From: an uncultured Pelagibacteraceae bacterium | GTDB taxonomy: Bacteria; Pseudomonadota; Alphaproteobacteria; Pelagibacterales; Pelagibacteraceae | Assembly (NCBI GenBank): GCA_902595625.1 | Contig: CACJQQ010000005.1 | Span: forward strand, 4,719-68,718 | Length of the DNA: 64,000 nucleotides | Direction of reading: 5' to 3' | Shown here: positions 9,982 through 19,012 of the stretch, one piece after another | Position numbering within the stretch: position 1 is the first letter of the stretch | Layout of the letters: each line of letters opens with the position of its first letter | Translations under genes and position numbers: made by a program | Notes under the pieces: model-generated | The model's input: only the letters and a program-made list of their open reading frames with translations | What the model was told of the DNA's origin: nothing | The model's database searches: none

Positions 9982-11466
9982 TTAAAACTTTTGTTTTCTT
10001 AAAAATGCAGGAATTTCAAAATCTTCGTCCTCATTTGTATCTTGATCGAATAACTGATTTGCATCATTTTTATTTTGATCATTTATTTCTGAATTTATTT
10101 CCTCTTCTTGAAAACTTTGTTCATCGCTAAATAGCTTAGGAGTATGCTCTTCTTCATTATTTGAAATCGAAGCAAATGAATTTTCATTATCTTCTAAATT
10201 ATTGTTCTCTATGTAAGATGCGCTTTCGATTGAAACACCTGAAGGAATATTATTTGGATTTTGTTCTGTATCAAATATATTTTCAGTCAAATTTTCATTT
10301 TCAAAGTCGTGGATTGACTCATTTTGTTGTTCCGCATTTAATTCATAATTTTCATCAAGTTTCAAAGCGGTCGCTCCATGTATAGAATTAAGAGCTTTAT
10401 TTTCTACCGGAGAATTATGTGAAAAAAGATTATCAGAGTAACCTGTATTTCTATTCTGAATACGAGATACCATATTTAGAACAGTTTTATTTTCTGCATG
10501 ATGTCCATCTAGTGCGGTTGCAACTATTGATACTCTTATTTTTCCTGTCATGCTCTCATCTTTAATCGCACCAAAAATTAATTCAGCTTCAGGATCAACT
10601 TCTGCTCTAATCTTATTTACTGATTGATCAACCTCAAATAAAGTCAAATCATTTCCCCCTGTAATATTAATCAACAGTCCTTTAGCGCCTTGCAGAGAAT
10701 ATTCATCAATCAGTGGATTATTTAATGCCATCTCTGTGGCAGCCATTGCTCTATTTTCACCTTCTGCTTCTCCAGTTCCCATCATTGCCTTTCCCATAGA
10801 ACTCATGACAGTTTCAACGTCAGCAAAATCTAAATTTATCATTCCTGGTCTAACCATTAAATCAGTTACGCTCTGAACACCGTGTTTTAATACATTGTTT
10901 GATAAGTTGAATGACTCCTCAAAAGTTGTTGTCTCACTGGCAATTTTAAAAAGATTTTGATTTGGTACGACTATTACTGTATCTAAATGTTTTTTAAATT
11001 CCTCTAGTCCTTGTACTGCTCTTCTCATTCGCTTAGGACCTTCATAAGAAAAAGGAAGTGTAGTTACTCCAACTGTTAAAATATTTAACTCCCTTGCTGC
11101 TTTAGCTATTACATGAGAAGCTCCTGTGCCTGTACCACCTCCCATTCCTGATGTTATAAATACCATATTTGCACCTTGTAAATAACTTGTAATTTCATTT
11201 AAAGACTCATCGGCTGCGGCTTGACCAATGTCATGCTTTGCTCCAGCTCCTAAACCTTTTGTTAAATTCATTCCTATTTGAATTTTCGCATGAGCTTTAC
11301 TCATTTTTAGATCTTGAGCATCTGTATTTACAGCAACAAACTCAACACCTTCCATTCCTGCTTCAATCATAGCGTTTATAGCGTTTCCACCAGCACCGCC
11401 CACTCCTAAAACTAAAATTCTTGGTTTTAATTCTCTTAGTTCTCCTCCACCAATATTTATACTCAT
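9982..11466 (-). CDS. ftsZ: Cell division protein FtsZ
   Basis: GVGGAGGNA, GMGGGTGTG, NLDFADV, long acidic linker and C-terminal EIPAFLRKQ. Start at ATG 11466 overlaps the mraZ stop (TAATG). Confidence 0.97.
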   Translation of the reverse strand: MSINIGGGELRELKPRILVLGVGGAGGNAINAMIEAGMEGVEFVAVNTDAQDLKMSKAHAKIQIGMNLTKGLGAGAKHDIGQAAADESLNEITSYLQGANMVFITSGMGGGTGTGASHVIAKAARELNILTVGVTTLPFSYEGPKRMRRAVQGLEEFKKHLDTVIVVPNQNLFKIASETTTFEESFNLSNNVLKHGVQSVTDLMVRPGMINLDFADVETVMSSMGKAMMGTGEAEGENRAMAATEMALNNPLIDEYSLQGAKGLLINITGGNDLTLFEVDQSVNKIRAEVDPEAELIFGAIKDESMTGKIRVSIVATALDGHHAENKTVLNMVSRIQNRNTGYSDNLFSHNSPVENKALNSIHGATALKLDENYELNAEQQNESIHDFENENLTENIFDTEQNPNNIPSGVSIESASYIENNNLEDNENSFASISNNEEEHTPKLFSDEQSFQEEEINSEINDQNKNDANQLFDQDTNEDEDFEIPAFLRKQKF

Positions 11467-11927
11467 TACAGCTCTCCCTTCTGTTTTGTTTCCCATTTTA
11501 AATTAGATCTATTTTGGTAGGCCTTTTTTCTAGCAATATTTTTAAACTTATTAAAATTTTTTGGTTCCCAAATTTGAAATGTTTTGCCAAGACCAACAAA
11601 TAAAATATTACTTCGTATTTGAGCGTGATTAAGTAATTTTTCAGATAAGGAAATTCTTCCTTCCGTATCAAATTGTAAATTTTCACATTCAGATAATATT
11701 GAAGTAGCAAAAAAATCTCTTTTTTCCTCAAAAGGGTTAAGGGAGTCAATGGTATTAGATAGTTTTTCAATCCTATCTTGAGCACAAGCCTCTAATGCTG
11801 CATGATTGAATGATGGATAGCTTACAAAACCATTATAACCCATTGAACCTAGATGTGATCTAAATGTAGCTGGCACTGACACACGTCCCTTCTTGTCTAT
11901 TTTGTTTTCGAAACTTGATAAAAACAT
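11466..11927 (-). CDS. mraZ: Division/cell wall cluster transcriptional repressor MraZ
   Basis: DKKGRVSVPA and DTEGRI (two DxxGR repeats), FQIW; head of the dcw cluster. Confidence 0.96.
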   Translation of the reverse strand: MFLSSFENKIDKKGRVSVPATFRSHLGSMGYNGFVSYPSFNHAALEACAQDRIEKLSNTIDSLNPFEEKRDFFATSILSECENLQFDTEGRISLSEKLLNHAQIRSNILFVGLGKTFQIWEPKNFNKFKNIARKKAYQNRSNLKWETKQKGEL

Positions 11928-11978
11928 CTTTATTTAAAAACCTATTTTTTTTAATAATTTTCAACATACCCTCCAAAT

Positions 11979-12004
11979 TGGGATTAAATGGGATAGTATG
12001 GGTT
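11979..12004. promoter_or_regulatory. Putative MraZ operator: three TGGGN direct repeats with a 10-bp period
   Basis: + strand TGGGAT-TAAA-TGGGAT-AGTA-TGGGTT, starting at 11979, 11989 and 11999. It overlaps a candidate minus-strand promoter, TTGACT(12020-12015)-16bp-TACTAT. Confidence 0.75.
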
Positions 12005-12041
12005 TTTAAGAATTAGTCAATAACTATATATTTTGATAAAA

Positions 12042-12056
12042 GTACAAAAATAGAAC
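12042..12056. promoter_or_regulatory. Candidate alphaproteobacterial LexA box
   Basis: GTAC-AAAAATA-GAAC (minus strand GTTC-N7-GTAC), one mismatch from GTTC-N7-GTTC. Confidence 0.4.
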
Positions 12057-12074
12057 AAAATTTAGTGAAATTTA

Positions 12075-12429
12075 GCCAGATAATCTATAAGCCGGGTTCT
12101 GTCATTGAAGATGTCATTTCTCTAGGCTTAAATTCACATTTAAGCTCAAGCGGTTAACCCAGAAGACTAACTAAAGACTGTTTTTAGTGTAAAACACAAT
12201 GTCTTCTCTATTTAACCTTGCTCCCAGTGGGGTTTGCCGTGCGTTTTTTGTTACCAAAAAACCGGTGAGCTCTTACCTCGCCGTTTCACCCTTGCCTTGA
12301 TAAGGCGGTTTATTTTCTGTGGCACTATCCCTGAAGTCACCTTCGCCAGCTATTAGCTGGCACTGTGTCTTTATGGAGCCCGGACTTTCCTCTATTAGTT
12401 ATCTAATAGCGACAATCCAATTATCTGGC
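12075..12429 (-). ncRNA. rnpB: RNase P RNA, class A
   Basis: Minus strand has GAGGAAAGTCCGGGCTCC, AGTGCCACAGAAAA and ACAGAACCCGGCTTA. The ends GCCAGATAAT/ATTATCTGGC pair as P1. Confidence 0.97.
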
Positions 12430-12475
12430 ATTAAACTTTTATTTTATTAATTACCATTAATCAAGATATTTAAGA

Positions 12476-13183
12476 TTAGTGAGTTAAAAAATGGCTAATT
12501 TCAAAGGTTTTTTTATCAATTTTTCCAGTCACATTATTTGGTAAATAATGTAGCTGAAATGATTTTATTATTCTTTTATCTTTGTAATTTCTTTTACTAA
12601 CATTAAAATATCTAAAGCCTATCTTTTTCAAATTTTTAAAAAAAGTGATTTCACTTAACTCATAATTTGGTTTTAGAAGTTTATCATTATTTTTATACCA
12701 TTTACCTAAATTGTTATTACTAAGTTTTTTCCATGGAAATTTTTCTCCTGGGTCAATTTTTCTTAAGGGCGCAATATCAGAATGACCAAGAAAATTTTCT
12801 TTTTTTATCAGATATTTTTTTTTTAAATTTTTACACAAAGCTATGAGACTACTGATTTGTTTTTTACTAAAACTTTGATATCCAAACCGATGTCCTTTAT
12901 TTACTAATTCAATGCCTATAGAGTTATTGTTGAGGTTAGTAAATTTTTTCCACTTAGATTTTCCAGCATGCCATGCTATTTTAAGATCATTGACCATTCT
13001 AATTATTTCACCTTTTCTATTAATTAAATAATGACAACTAACTTTGTATTTAGGATCTTTAAGTCTTTTGATGGATTCAATTTCAGATTGCATTCCGGTA
13101 TAATGGATTATTACAAATTTTACTACTTTTTTAGGTCTGTTTTTTTTGGAATAATTTGGTGATAAATTTGATATTATTTTCAT
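12476..13183 (-). CDS. N-acetylmuramoyl-L-alanine amidase (Amidase_2, AmpD/AmiD-like)
   Basis: IHYTGM, SCHYLI, AWHAG, SIGIE and GHSDIAPLRKIDPG zinc amidase motifs. Confidence 0.9.
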   Translation of the reverse strand: MKIISNLSPNYSKKNRPKKVVKFVIIHYTGMQSEIESIKRLKDPKYKVSCHYLINRKGEIIRMVNDLKIAWHAGKSKWKKFTNLNNNSIGIELVNKGHRFGYQSFSKKQISSLIALCKNLKKKYLIKKENFLGHSDIAPLRKIDPGEKFPWKKLSNNNLGKWYKNNDKLLKPNYELSEITFFKNLKKIGFRYFNVSKRNYKDKRIIKSFQLHYLPNNVTGKIDKKTFEISHFLTH

Positions 13184-13273
13184 ATTAAAAATTTGACTTA
13201 AATTTTCATAATTATAACAATTTTAAGCTAAATTTTTAATAGATTATAGGTTAAAATTATATATATAGCCATT

Positions 13274-14017
13274 ATGCAGTTATTAAAAAAAATAAAACTT
13301 ACTTTAACGACCTTTGCAATAATTTTAATATTTACAGTTAATGCAAATTCAGTTGAAGAATGTTTTGAGCGAACTAGCAGAGCAATATTCAAATTTAACA
13401 TGGCAGTAGATGATATTGTCTTGGAGCCTTTAGCAAAAGGTTACAACAAATTGCCATCTCCCATTAAAGAAGGCACAAGTAACTTTACATCAAATATAGG
13501 AACTTTATTATCAATTCCAAATAACGTTTTTCAAGGAAATTTTAAACAACTAGGACATTCGGTTGGAAGTTTTGCTATTAACTCTACTGTAGGTATTTTT
13601 GGATTTTTAAATCCAGCTGAAAAAATTGGATTGAAACCTACCAAAGAAGATGTGGGGCAAACTTTAGGTTCTTATGGCATCGGTCCCGGGTGTTATTTTG
13701 TCCTTCCTATCCTTGGTCCAGCAACGGCTAGGGATGCCGTTGGACTTTTAGCTGATACATTTGTAGACCCATTTGCTCATGTTACAATCAGAGAAAAAGA
13801 GATTTTTAATTCATCGGGAAATGCTCTTGATTACTACACTGTTAAAGGCACAACCGCTGTTGATTTCAGGGCAGATAACGACAAAAATTTTCAAAGTTTG
13901 GAAAAGAACTCTATTGACCTTTATTCATCATTAAAAAGTATTTATTTACAAGATAGAGAAAACAAAATTAACAATTCAATTGAAGACAAAGACGAATGGG
14001 GAAACTTAGACAACTAA
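13274..14017 (+). CDS. mlaA: MlaA/VacJ family outer-membrane lipid asymmetry protein
   Basis: INSTVGIFG, EDVGQTLG and YFVLPILGP motifs; adjacent to mlaC. Confidence 0.88.
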   Translation: MQLLKKIKLTLTTFAIILIFTVNANSVEECFERTSRAIFKFNMAVDDIVLEPLAKGYNKLPSPIKEGTSNFTSNIGTLLSIPNNVFQGNFKQLGHSVGSFAINSTVGIFGFLNPAEKIGLKPTKEDVGQTLGSYGIGPGCYFVLPILGPATARDAVGLLADTFVDPFAHVTIREKEIFNSSGNALDYYTVKGTTAVDFRADNDKNFQSLEKNSIDLYSSLKSIYLQDRENKINNSIEDKDEWGNLDN

Positions 14018-14026
14018 AAAAAGATT

Positions 14027-14617
14027 ATGAGAAAAGTTGTTTATTTTTTTTCACTATTTTTTCTTTTTCAAAGCTCGCTGCTCGCTTACAGCTCTAACCC
14101 AAAAGATTTTATTAACGAATTAGTAAATGATGCAATTAATAAACTATCAAATAAGAACTTAAATAAAGAACAAAAAAAAATTTTCATTGAAGAAATAGCT
14201 GAGGAAAATGTTGATATTAATGCTTTAGGTCTTTACACTCTAGGGGAAATAAGAAAGTCATCTACTAAAGATGATATTTCTAATTATCAAATATCATTCA
14301 AAAAATATTTTCTAAAAAGCTTAACTTCGAGGTTAACAGACTACTCCTCAAGTAAGTTTGAAGTTGTAGGAGAAGATAAAAAAAGTGCCAATTATACAAT
14401 TATAAATTCTACGATAATTCCAGAAGACGGTCTTGAAATAAAAATTGACTGGAGAGTCTACACAAAAAATCCAGAAAAACCGTTGATCAGAGATTTAATT
14501 GTTGAGGGCTTAAGTCTTGCGAGAACTCAAAAAGAGGAATTTTCTTCTATATTAAGCTCAAATAATAATGATATTAAAGTTTTGATTAATAAACTTGAGG
14601 AATTTTCGAATAATTAG
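14027..14617 (+). CDS. mlaC: MlaC/Ttg2D phospholipid-binding periplasmic protein
   Basis: Signal peptide; IDWRV and DLIVEGLSLARTQKEEF motifs. Confidence 0.88.
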   Translation: MRKVVYFFSLFFLFQSSLLAYSSNPKDFINELVNDAINKLSNKNLNKEQKKIFIEEIAEENVDINALGLYTLGEIRKSSTKDDISNYQISFKKYFLKSLTSRLTDYSSSKFEVVGEDKKSANYTIINSTIIPEDGLEIKIDWRVYTKNPEKPLIRDLIVEGLSLARTQKEEFSSILSSNNNDIKVLINKLEEFSNN

Positions 14618-14623
14618 TTGAAA

Positions 14624-14700
14624 TGGTGGGCCCGCCAGGACTCGAACCTGGGACCAATACATTATGAGTGTACTGCTCTAACCAACTGAGCTACAGGCCC
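14624..14700 (-). tRNA. tRNA with CAT anticodon, most likely tRNA-Ile2 (lysidine-modified)
   Basis: GGGCCTGTAGCTCAGTTGGTTAGAGCAGTACACTCATAATGTATTGGTCCCAGGTTCGAGTCCTGGCGGGCCCACCA. Loop is CTCATAA and CCA is encoded. It resembles ileX type and lacks initiator features. Confidence 0.9.
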
Positions 14701-14728
14701 AAAAACAATATTGTTATATCACAATAAA

Positions 14729-16594
14729 TTATTTTTCTAAGAAACTTTTTAGTTGTTTGGATCTACTAGGGTGCTTGAGTTTTCTTAATGCTTTAGCCTC
14801 TATTTGTCTAATACGCTCTCGGGTTACGGAAAATTGTAATCCCACTTCCTCTAATGTGTGATCCGTATTCATTCCAATACCAAAACGCATTCTTAAAACT
14901 CTTTCTTCTCTTGGAGTTAATGATGCTAAAATTTTTGTTGTCGACTCACTTAAATTGGATTGAATGGCTGTGTCTAACGGTTGTAGCGCATTTTTATCCT
15001 CAATAAAATCTCCTAAACTACTATCTTCTTCATCGCCTACTGGAGTTTCAAGAGACACTGGTTCTTTTGCAATTTTTAAAACCTTCCTAACTTTTTCTAA
15101 TGGCATTGCTAATTTTTTTGCTAATTCTTCTGGTGTTGGTTCTCGACCGAACTCACTCATAATTTGTCTTTGAGTTCTTACAATTTTGTTAATTGTTTCA
15201 ATCATATGAACTGGTATTCTTATTGTACGAGCTTGGTCTGCTATAGATCTAGTAATTGCTTGTCTGATCCACCATGTTGCATAAGTAGAAAATTTATATC
15301 CTCTTCTATATTCAAATTTATCTACGGCTTTCATTAATCCAATGTTGCCCTCTTGAATTAAATCTAAAAATTGAAGACCCCTATTAGTGTATTTTTTTGC
15401 AATTGAGATAACTAATCTCAAGTTTGCTTCTACCATTTCTTTTTTAGCTATTCTTGACTCTCTTTCACCTTTTTGAATTCTGCTTACTAATTTCTTAAAC
15501 TCCCCTACCGATAAACCAATCTTTTTACTAAATTCTACTAATCTATCTTTTATTTCTGAAAAATCTTTTTTATACTTTTTAAAGAATGCTTTCCAAGTTT
15601 GATTTTCTTTTAAAAAAGATTCAAATTTTGGATTAATTTCATTACCAACGTAATATTTCAAAAATTCCTCTCGTGAAATCTTATTGTCCATCGCCAGTCT
15701 TAATAATACGCCTTCAAGTGAGACAATTTTTTTATTTTCTTTATAATGAGACTGAACCAGCTCTTCTATTACATGTGGCGCTAATTGTAGATTCTTAAAA
15801 TTATCAACTAATATTTCTTGAATTTTTTTAAAGTTTTTATTCTTAGATACAGATAATTCTTTTGAGTCTAATAAACATTCAAGTTTTTCAATTTGGTATT
15901 TTTTAAGTTTTGAGTAATTTTTATTTAAAGAATCAAGAATATTTATAATTTTTGGCTTTATCTCTTCTTCCATCTTTGCAAGAGAAACATTGAACTCGTC
16001 ATCTTCACTGTTGGTATTTTCATCTTTTTTATCTGCGTCTTCAGTTTTTTCTTTTTCTTTTTTTGATTTAGATTTTTTATTTATTTTTAATTCATCATCA
16101 TCCTCCAATGACTCAAAATCTTCATATGTAGAGTCAATATCAATGATATCTCTTACTAACATCTGTTGATTTTCTATTTGTTCTTTCCATTCAAATATTT
16201 TTTTTCCAACTATTGGGCTTTGAGTTAATGCATTTATCATTACATCTTTTCCTGCTTCTATTCTTTTAGCAATTGCAATTTCTCCCTCTCTTGAAAGAAG
16301 TTCTACTCCACCCATTTCTCTTAAGTACATTCTGATAGGATCATCACTTTTATCAGAAGTTTTTTCTTCAGCTTGGGTTGTAGTTTCTTTCTTTTTATTT
16401 GATTGGTATTGAGATTTTTTCTCTACAAGAGTTATTTTTTCATCTACTAATATTATTAGCGCTCGCTCGATGTTTTCATGAGTGCTATTTCTTTTTCCTA
16501 AAGATTTTCCTAGCTCCTCATAAGTTATAAAACCCCTGTGCTTTCCCTTATCTAGGAGTCTTTCAAATGATTTGGTTATGAGTTTTTCAGCCAT
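14729..16594 (-). CDS. rpoD: RNA polymerase sigma-70 factor RpoD
   Basis: [35 protein letters not shown] and [13 protein letters not shown] motifs. Confidence 0.98.
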   Translation of the reverse strand: MAEKLITKSFERLLDKGKHRGFITYEELGKSLGKRNSTHENIERALIILVDEKITLVEKKSQYQSNKKKETTTQAEEKTSDKSDDPIRMYLREMGGVELLSREGEIAIAKRIEAGKDVMINALTQSPIVGKKIFEWKEQIENQQMLVRDIIDIDSTYEDFESLEDDDELKINKKSKSKKEKEKTEDADKKDENTNSEDDEFNVSLAKMEEEIKPKIINILDSLNKNYSKLKKYQIEKLECLLDSKELSVSKNKNFKKIQEILVDNFKNLQLAPHVIEELVQSHYKENKKIVSLEGVLLRLAMDNKISREEFLKYYVGNEINPKFESFLKENQTWKAFFKKYKKDFSEIKDRLVEFSKKIGLSVGEFKKLVSRIQKGERESRIAKKEMVEANLRLVISIAKKYTNRGLQFLDLIQEGNIGLMKAVDKFEYRRGYKFSTYATWWIRQAITRSIADQARTIRIPVHMIETINKIVRTQRQIMSEFGREPTPEELAKKLAMPLEKVRKVLKIAKEPVSLETPVGDEEDSSLGDFIEDKNALQPLDTAIQSNLSESTTKILASLTPREERVLRMRFGIGMNTDHTLEEVGLQFSVTRERIRQIEAKALRKLKHPSRSKQLKSFLEK

Positions 16595-16646
16595 ATTAGA
16601 GTAGTGGAATATATATAATGACTAAGTTTAAAAAATCTATACTTTT

Positions 16647-18434
16647 TTAATCCCTATTTAGCTGGCTTTTAAGCTTAATTAACTCTGAGAAAGAGTTTTC
16701 GTCAAGGTTGTTAATTAATTTTTCCTCAAGGGATTCTATTTTTTTTAAGTTGCTTTGTTCTTTATGGTCTTCAATTAGTTCATCTAGAAGAAAAGAAACA
16801 TCTTGCTCAGACTTTTTATTAGTGATTATTTGAATATTGGAATTTTCATTAATTTCATTAATAATTTGATCATATCCATTATTAATTTTTAAGGTAATTA
16901 CCTCTTTATCATTTCCTTCGGTTAGAGAGCTTATAATCAAACTTTTTAAACTTTCATTTTTTTCAGTAAGGAACTCTATTTCAGATAAACTTTCTAGTTT
17001 TTTCGCTGCTATCTCTAAATAATTTAAAATTATGAACAAGATAGAAAATTCAATTATTTGTATTTTAGATAAATTTTTTCTCTTATTGTGCAAAAGTTTT
17101 GTCTCCTTGAGAATTTGATAGTTTTTTCTCTTTTTGTATGGTGTAAATTTATAATCTCTCCTTGTTGATTGAATTGGAGTTAATTTTTTAATTTTTTCAA
17201 GAAAATCTTCTAAAACATATTTTTTAAGAGTTTCATCTTGAATAGAATATGACAAACTTTTAATTTCTTTTTCGAATTTTGAAATTTCATAAGGATTATT
17301 TTGATCTATTTTATTGAGATGATAATTCCAAATAAAGGATTGAATTATTTCTTTTTCTTTTAAGAGATTTATTAACCCTTCTTTACCTTTTCGTTTAATA
17401 TAATCGTCTGGATCTGTTTCATCGGGCATAATAGAAAAATAAATTTTATTTCTTTCATTTATCAATGGAAATAATTTTTCTGCAATTCTTAAAGCAGCTT
17501 TTTGTCCACTTTCATCTCCATCTAAACAAATAATAGGATTTGAAAAAAATTTCCATATTAAACTTATTTGTCTTTCAGTTAGAGCAGTTCCTGAATTAGA
17601 AATCACATTTTTTACTCCAGAAGAGTAAACACTCACAACATCCATATAACCCTCTACAATTAAAACTTCATCTGTCTCTGACCTTGAGTGTTTTGCTTTA
17701 TCTAAATTAAAAATCATATTTCCTTTTTTATAAAATTCTGTTTCTGGTGAATTTATATATTTAGCTAATTTATTTTCACGGATAATTCTTCCACCAAATG
17801 CAATTGTGTCACCAATAATATTATTTACAGGGAATATTACTCTTGAATTAAATCTATCTATAAATTTTCCAGTTTTTTCGTTTTTATAGTACAGCCCAGT
17901 TGAACTTATTTCTTCCTCAGAGTATTTTTTTAATAATTGTTCGTAGAAACTATTTTGCCAAGGCACATAACCTAGTTGAAACTCTTCAATAGTAAGTTTA
18001 TCTAAACCTCTTTTAAATAAATATTCGATTGCTTCTTTATTATTAGAACTAAACAATTCCTGATGAAAAAAATCAGAATAATCCCGGATAATATTCTTAT
18101 AAGTTTGAAACCTTAATTCTTTCTTTTGATCAAAATTTGAAAATCTGTAAGGTTGCATTCCTGCCTCGGCTGCTAAAGATCTTACAGCTTCTCCAAATCC
18201 AATAGATTTTGTTTTCATTAAAAAATCAAAAATATTTCCGTGCTCACCACTACTAAAACAATGATAAAATTCTTTTTCATCATTCACTGTGAATGAGGGG
18301 CTTTTTTCATTTTTAAAAGGTGAAAGTCCGATAAACTCTTTTCCTCTTTTTTTTAGTTGAACTGTTTTTCCAACGACTTGGGATACTTTTAATCTTAATT
18401 TTATTTCATCAAGATACTCTTTTGGATATTTCAT
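16647..18434 (-). CDS. dnaG: DNA primase
   Basis: PF..EKSPSF, YHCF, KYINSPET, VEGYMDV, DGD and DPDD motifs; upstream of rpoD. Confidence 0.97.
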   Translation of the reverse strand: MKYPKEYLDEIKLRLKVSQVVGKTVQLKKRGKEFIGLSPFKNEKSPSFTVNDEKEFYHCFSSGEHGNIFDFLMKTKSIGFGEAVRSLAAEAGMQPYRFSNFDQKKELRFQTYKNIIRDYSDFFHQELFSSNNKEAIEYLFKRGLDKLTIEEFQLGYVPWQNSFYEQLLKKYSEEEISSTGLYYKNEKTGKFIDRFNSRVIFPVNNIIGDTIAFGGRIIRENKLAKYINSPETEFYKKGNMIFNLDKAKHSRSETDEVLIVEGYMDVVSVYSSGVKNVISNSGTALTERQISLIWKFFSNPIICLDGDESGQKAALRIAEKLFPLINERNKIYFSIMPDETDPDDYIKRKGKEGLINLLKEKEIIQSFIWNYHLNKIDQNNPYEISKFEKEIKSLSYSIQDETLKKYVLEDFLEKIKKLTPIQSTRRDYKFTPYKKRKNYQILKETKLLHNKRKNLSKIQIIEFSILFIILNYLEIAAKKLESLSEIEFLTEKNESLKSLIISSLTEGNDKEVITLKINNGYDQIINEINENSNIQIITNKKSEQDVSFLLDELIEDHKEQSNLKKIESLEEKLINNLDENSFSELIKLKSQLNRD

Positions 18435-18890
18435 TTAATTCAAAATTTTTTTAATAATTGAGCTAACCTTTGAAAAATCAAGGGTGTCAGCATATTTTGA
18501 TTTTAATATTCCCATGACCTTTCCCATATCTTTCATTGAGGATGCTCCAGATGATTTAATAGCTTCCTGACATATTTTTTTAGTCTCTTCCTCGCTAAGT
18601 TGTTTAGGCAAAAAACCACTAATCACCTCAATTTCTTTAGTCTCATTCTCTAATAGTTCGTTCCGCCCTGCTTTTTTGTACACTTCGCACGACTCGTTTC
18701 TCTGTTTGATCATCTTTTTTAAAATAGAGGTTAAATCACTATCAGATATTTCCTTTTTATCTTTAGTTCGATTTGCTATCTCGGCATCTTTTATGGCTGA
18801 AACTATTAGCCTAAGGGTTGGATAGGTTTTCTTATCCTTTGCCTTAAGTGCCTCATTAAGTTTTTCTTCAATTTGCGTTTTTAAAGACAT
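18435..18890 (-). CDS. GatB/YqeY domain protein
   Basis: ALKAKD, KQRNES, FLPKQLSEEE and MKDMGKVMG motifs; conserved position before dnaG. Confidence 0.92.
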   Translation of the reverse strand: MSLKTQIEEKLNEALKAKDKKTYPTLRLIVSAIKDAEIANRTKDKKEISDSDLTSILKKMIKQRNESCEVYKKAGRNELLENETKEIEVISGFLPKQLSEEETKKICQEAIKSSGASSMKDMGKVMGILKSKYADTLDFSKVSSIIKKILN

Positions 18891-18941
18891 GTTTAAAAAT
18901 TATTTTAATCACAATTCTTATCTAAAATAAAAAGAACTTTC

Positions 18942-18970
18942 TTGACGATTTTATTACTATTTCATATGTT
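18942..18970 (+). promoter_or_regulatory. Putative sigma-70 promoter of carAB
   Basis: TTGACG(18942-47)-17 bp-TATGTT(18965-70). Confidence 0.55.
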
Positions 18971-19012
18971 GCGCAAAATCATGTTCATAAGTTTTTTACT
19001 TTAACTCATGAG

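Noticed and set aside
6125-10385. Short antisense ORFs in the dcw cluster (6125, 9506, 9888, 10161)
   Set aside because: They lie wholly opposite well-supported genes, show no motifs, and look like F/L/I-rich shadows of Lys/Asn-rich coding strands.
11498-11785. 95-aa alternate-frame ORF inside mraZ
   Set aside because: No recognisable motif or RBS, and it is fully nested in a conserved gene.
14618-14728. tRNA-Ile2 (and likewise tRNA-Gln at 48991) as island integration sites
   Set aside because: No integrase and no duplicated tRNA 3' end were seen, and the flanks are core genes.
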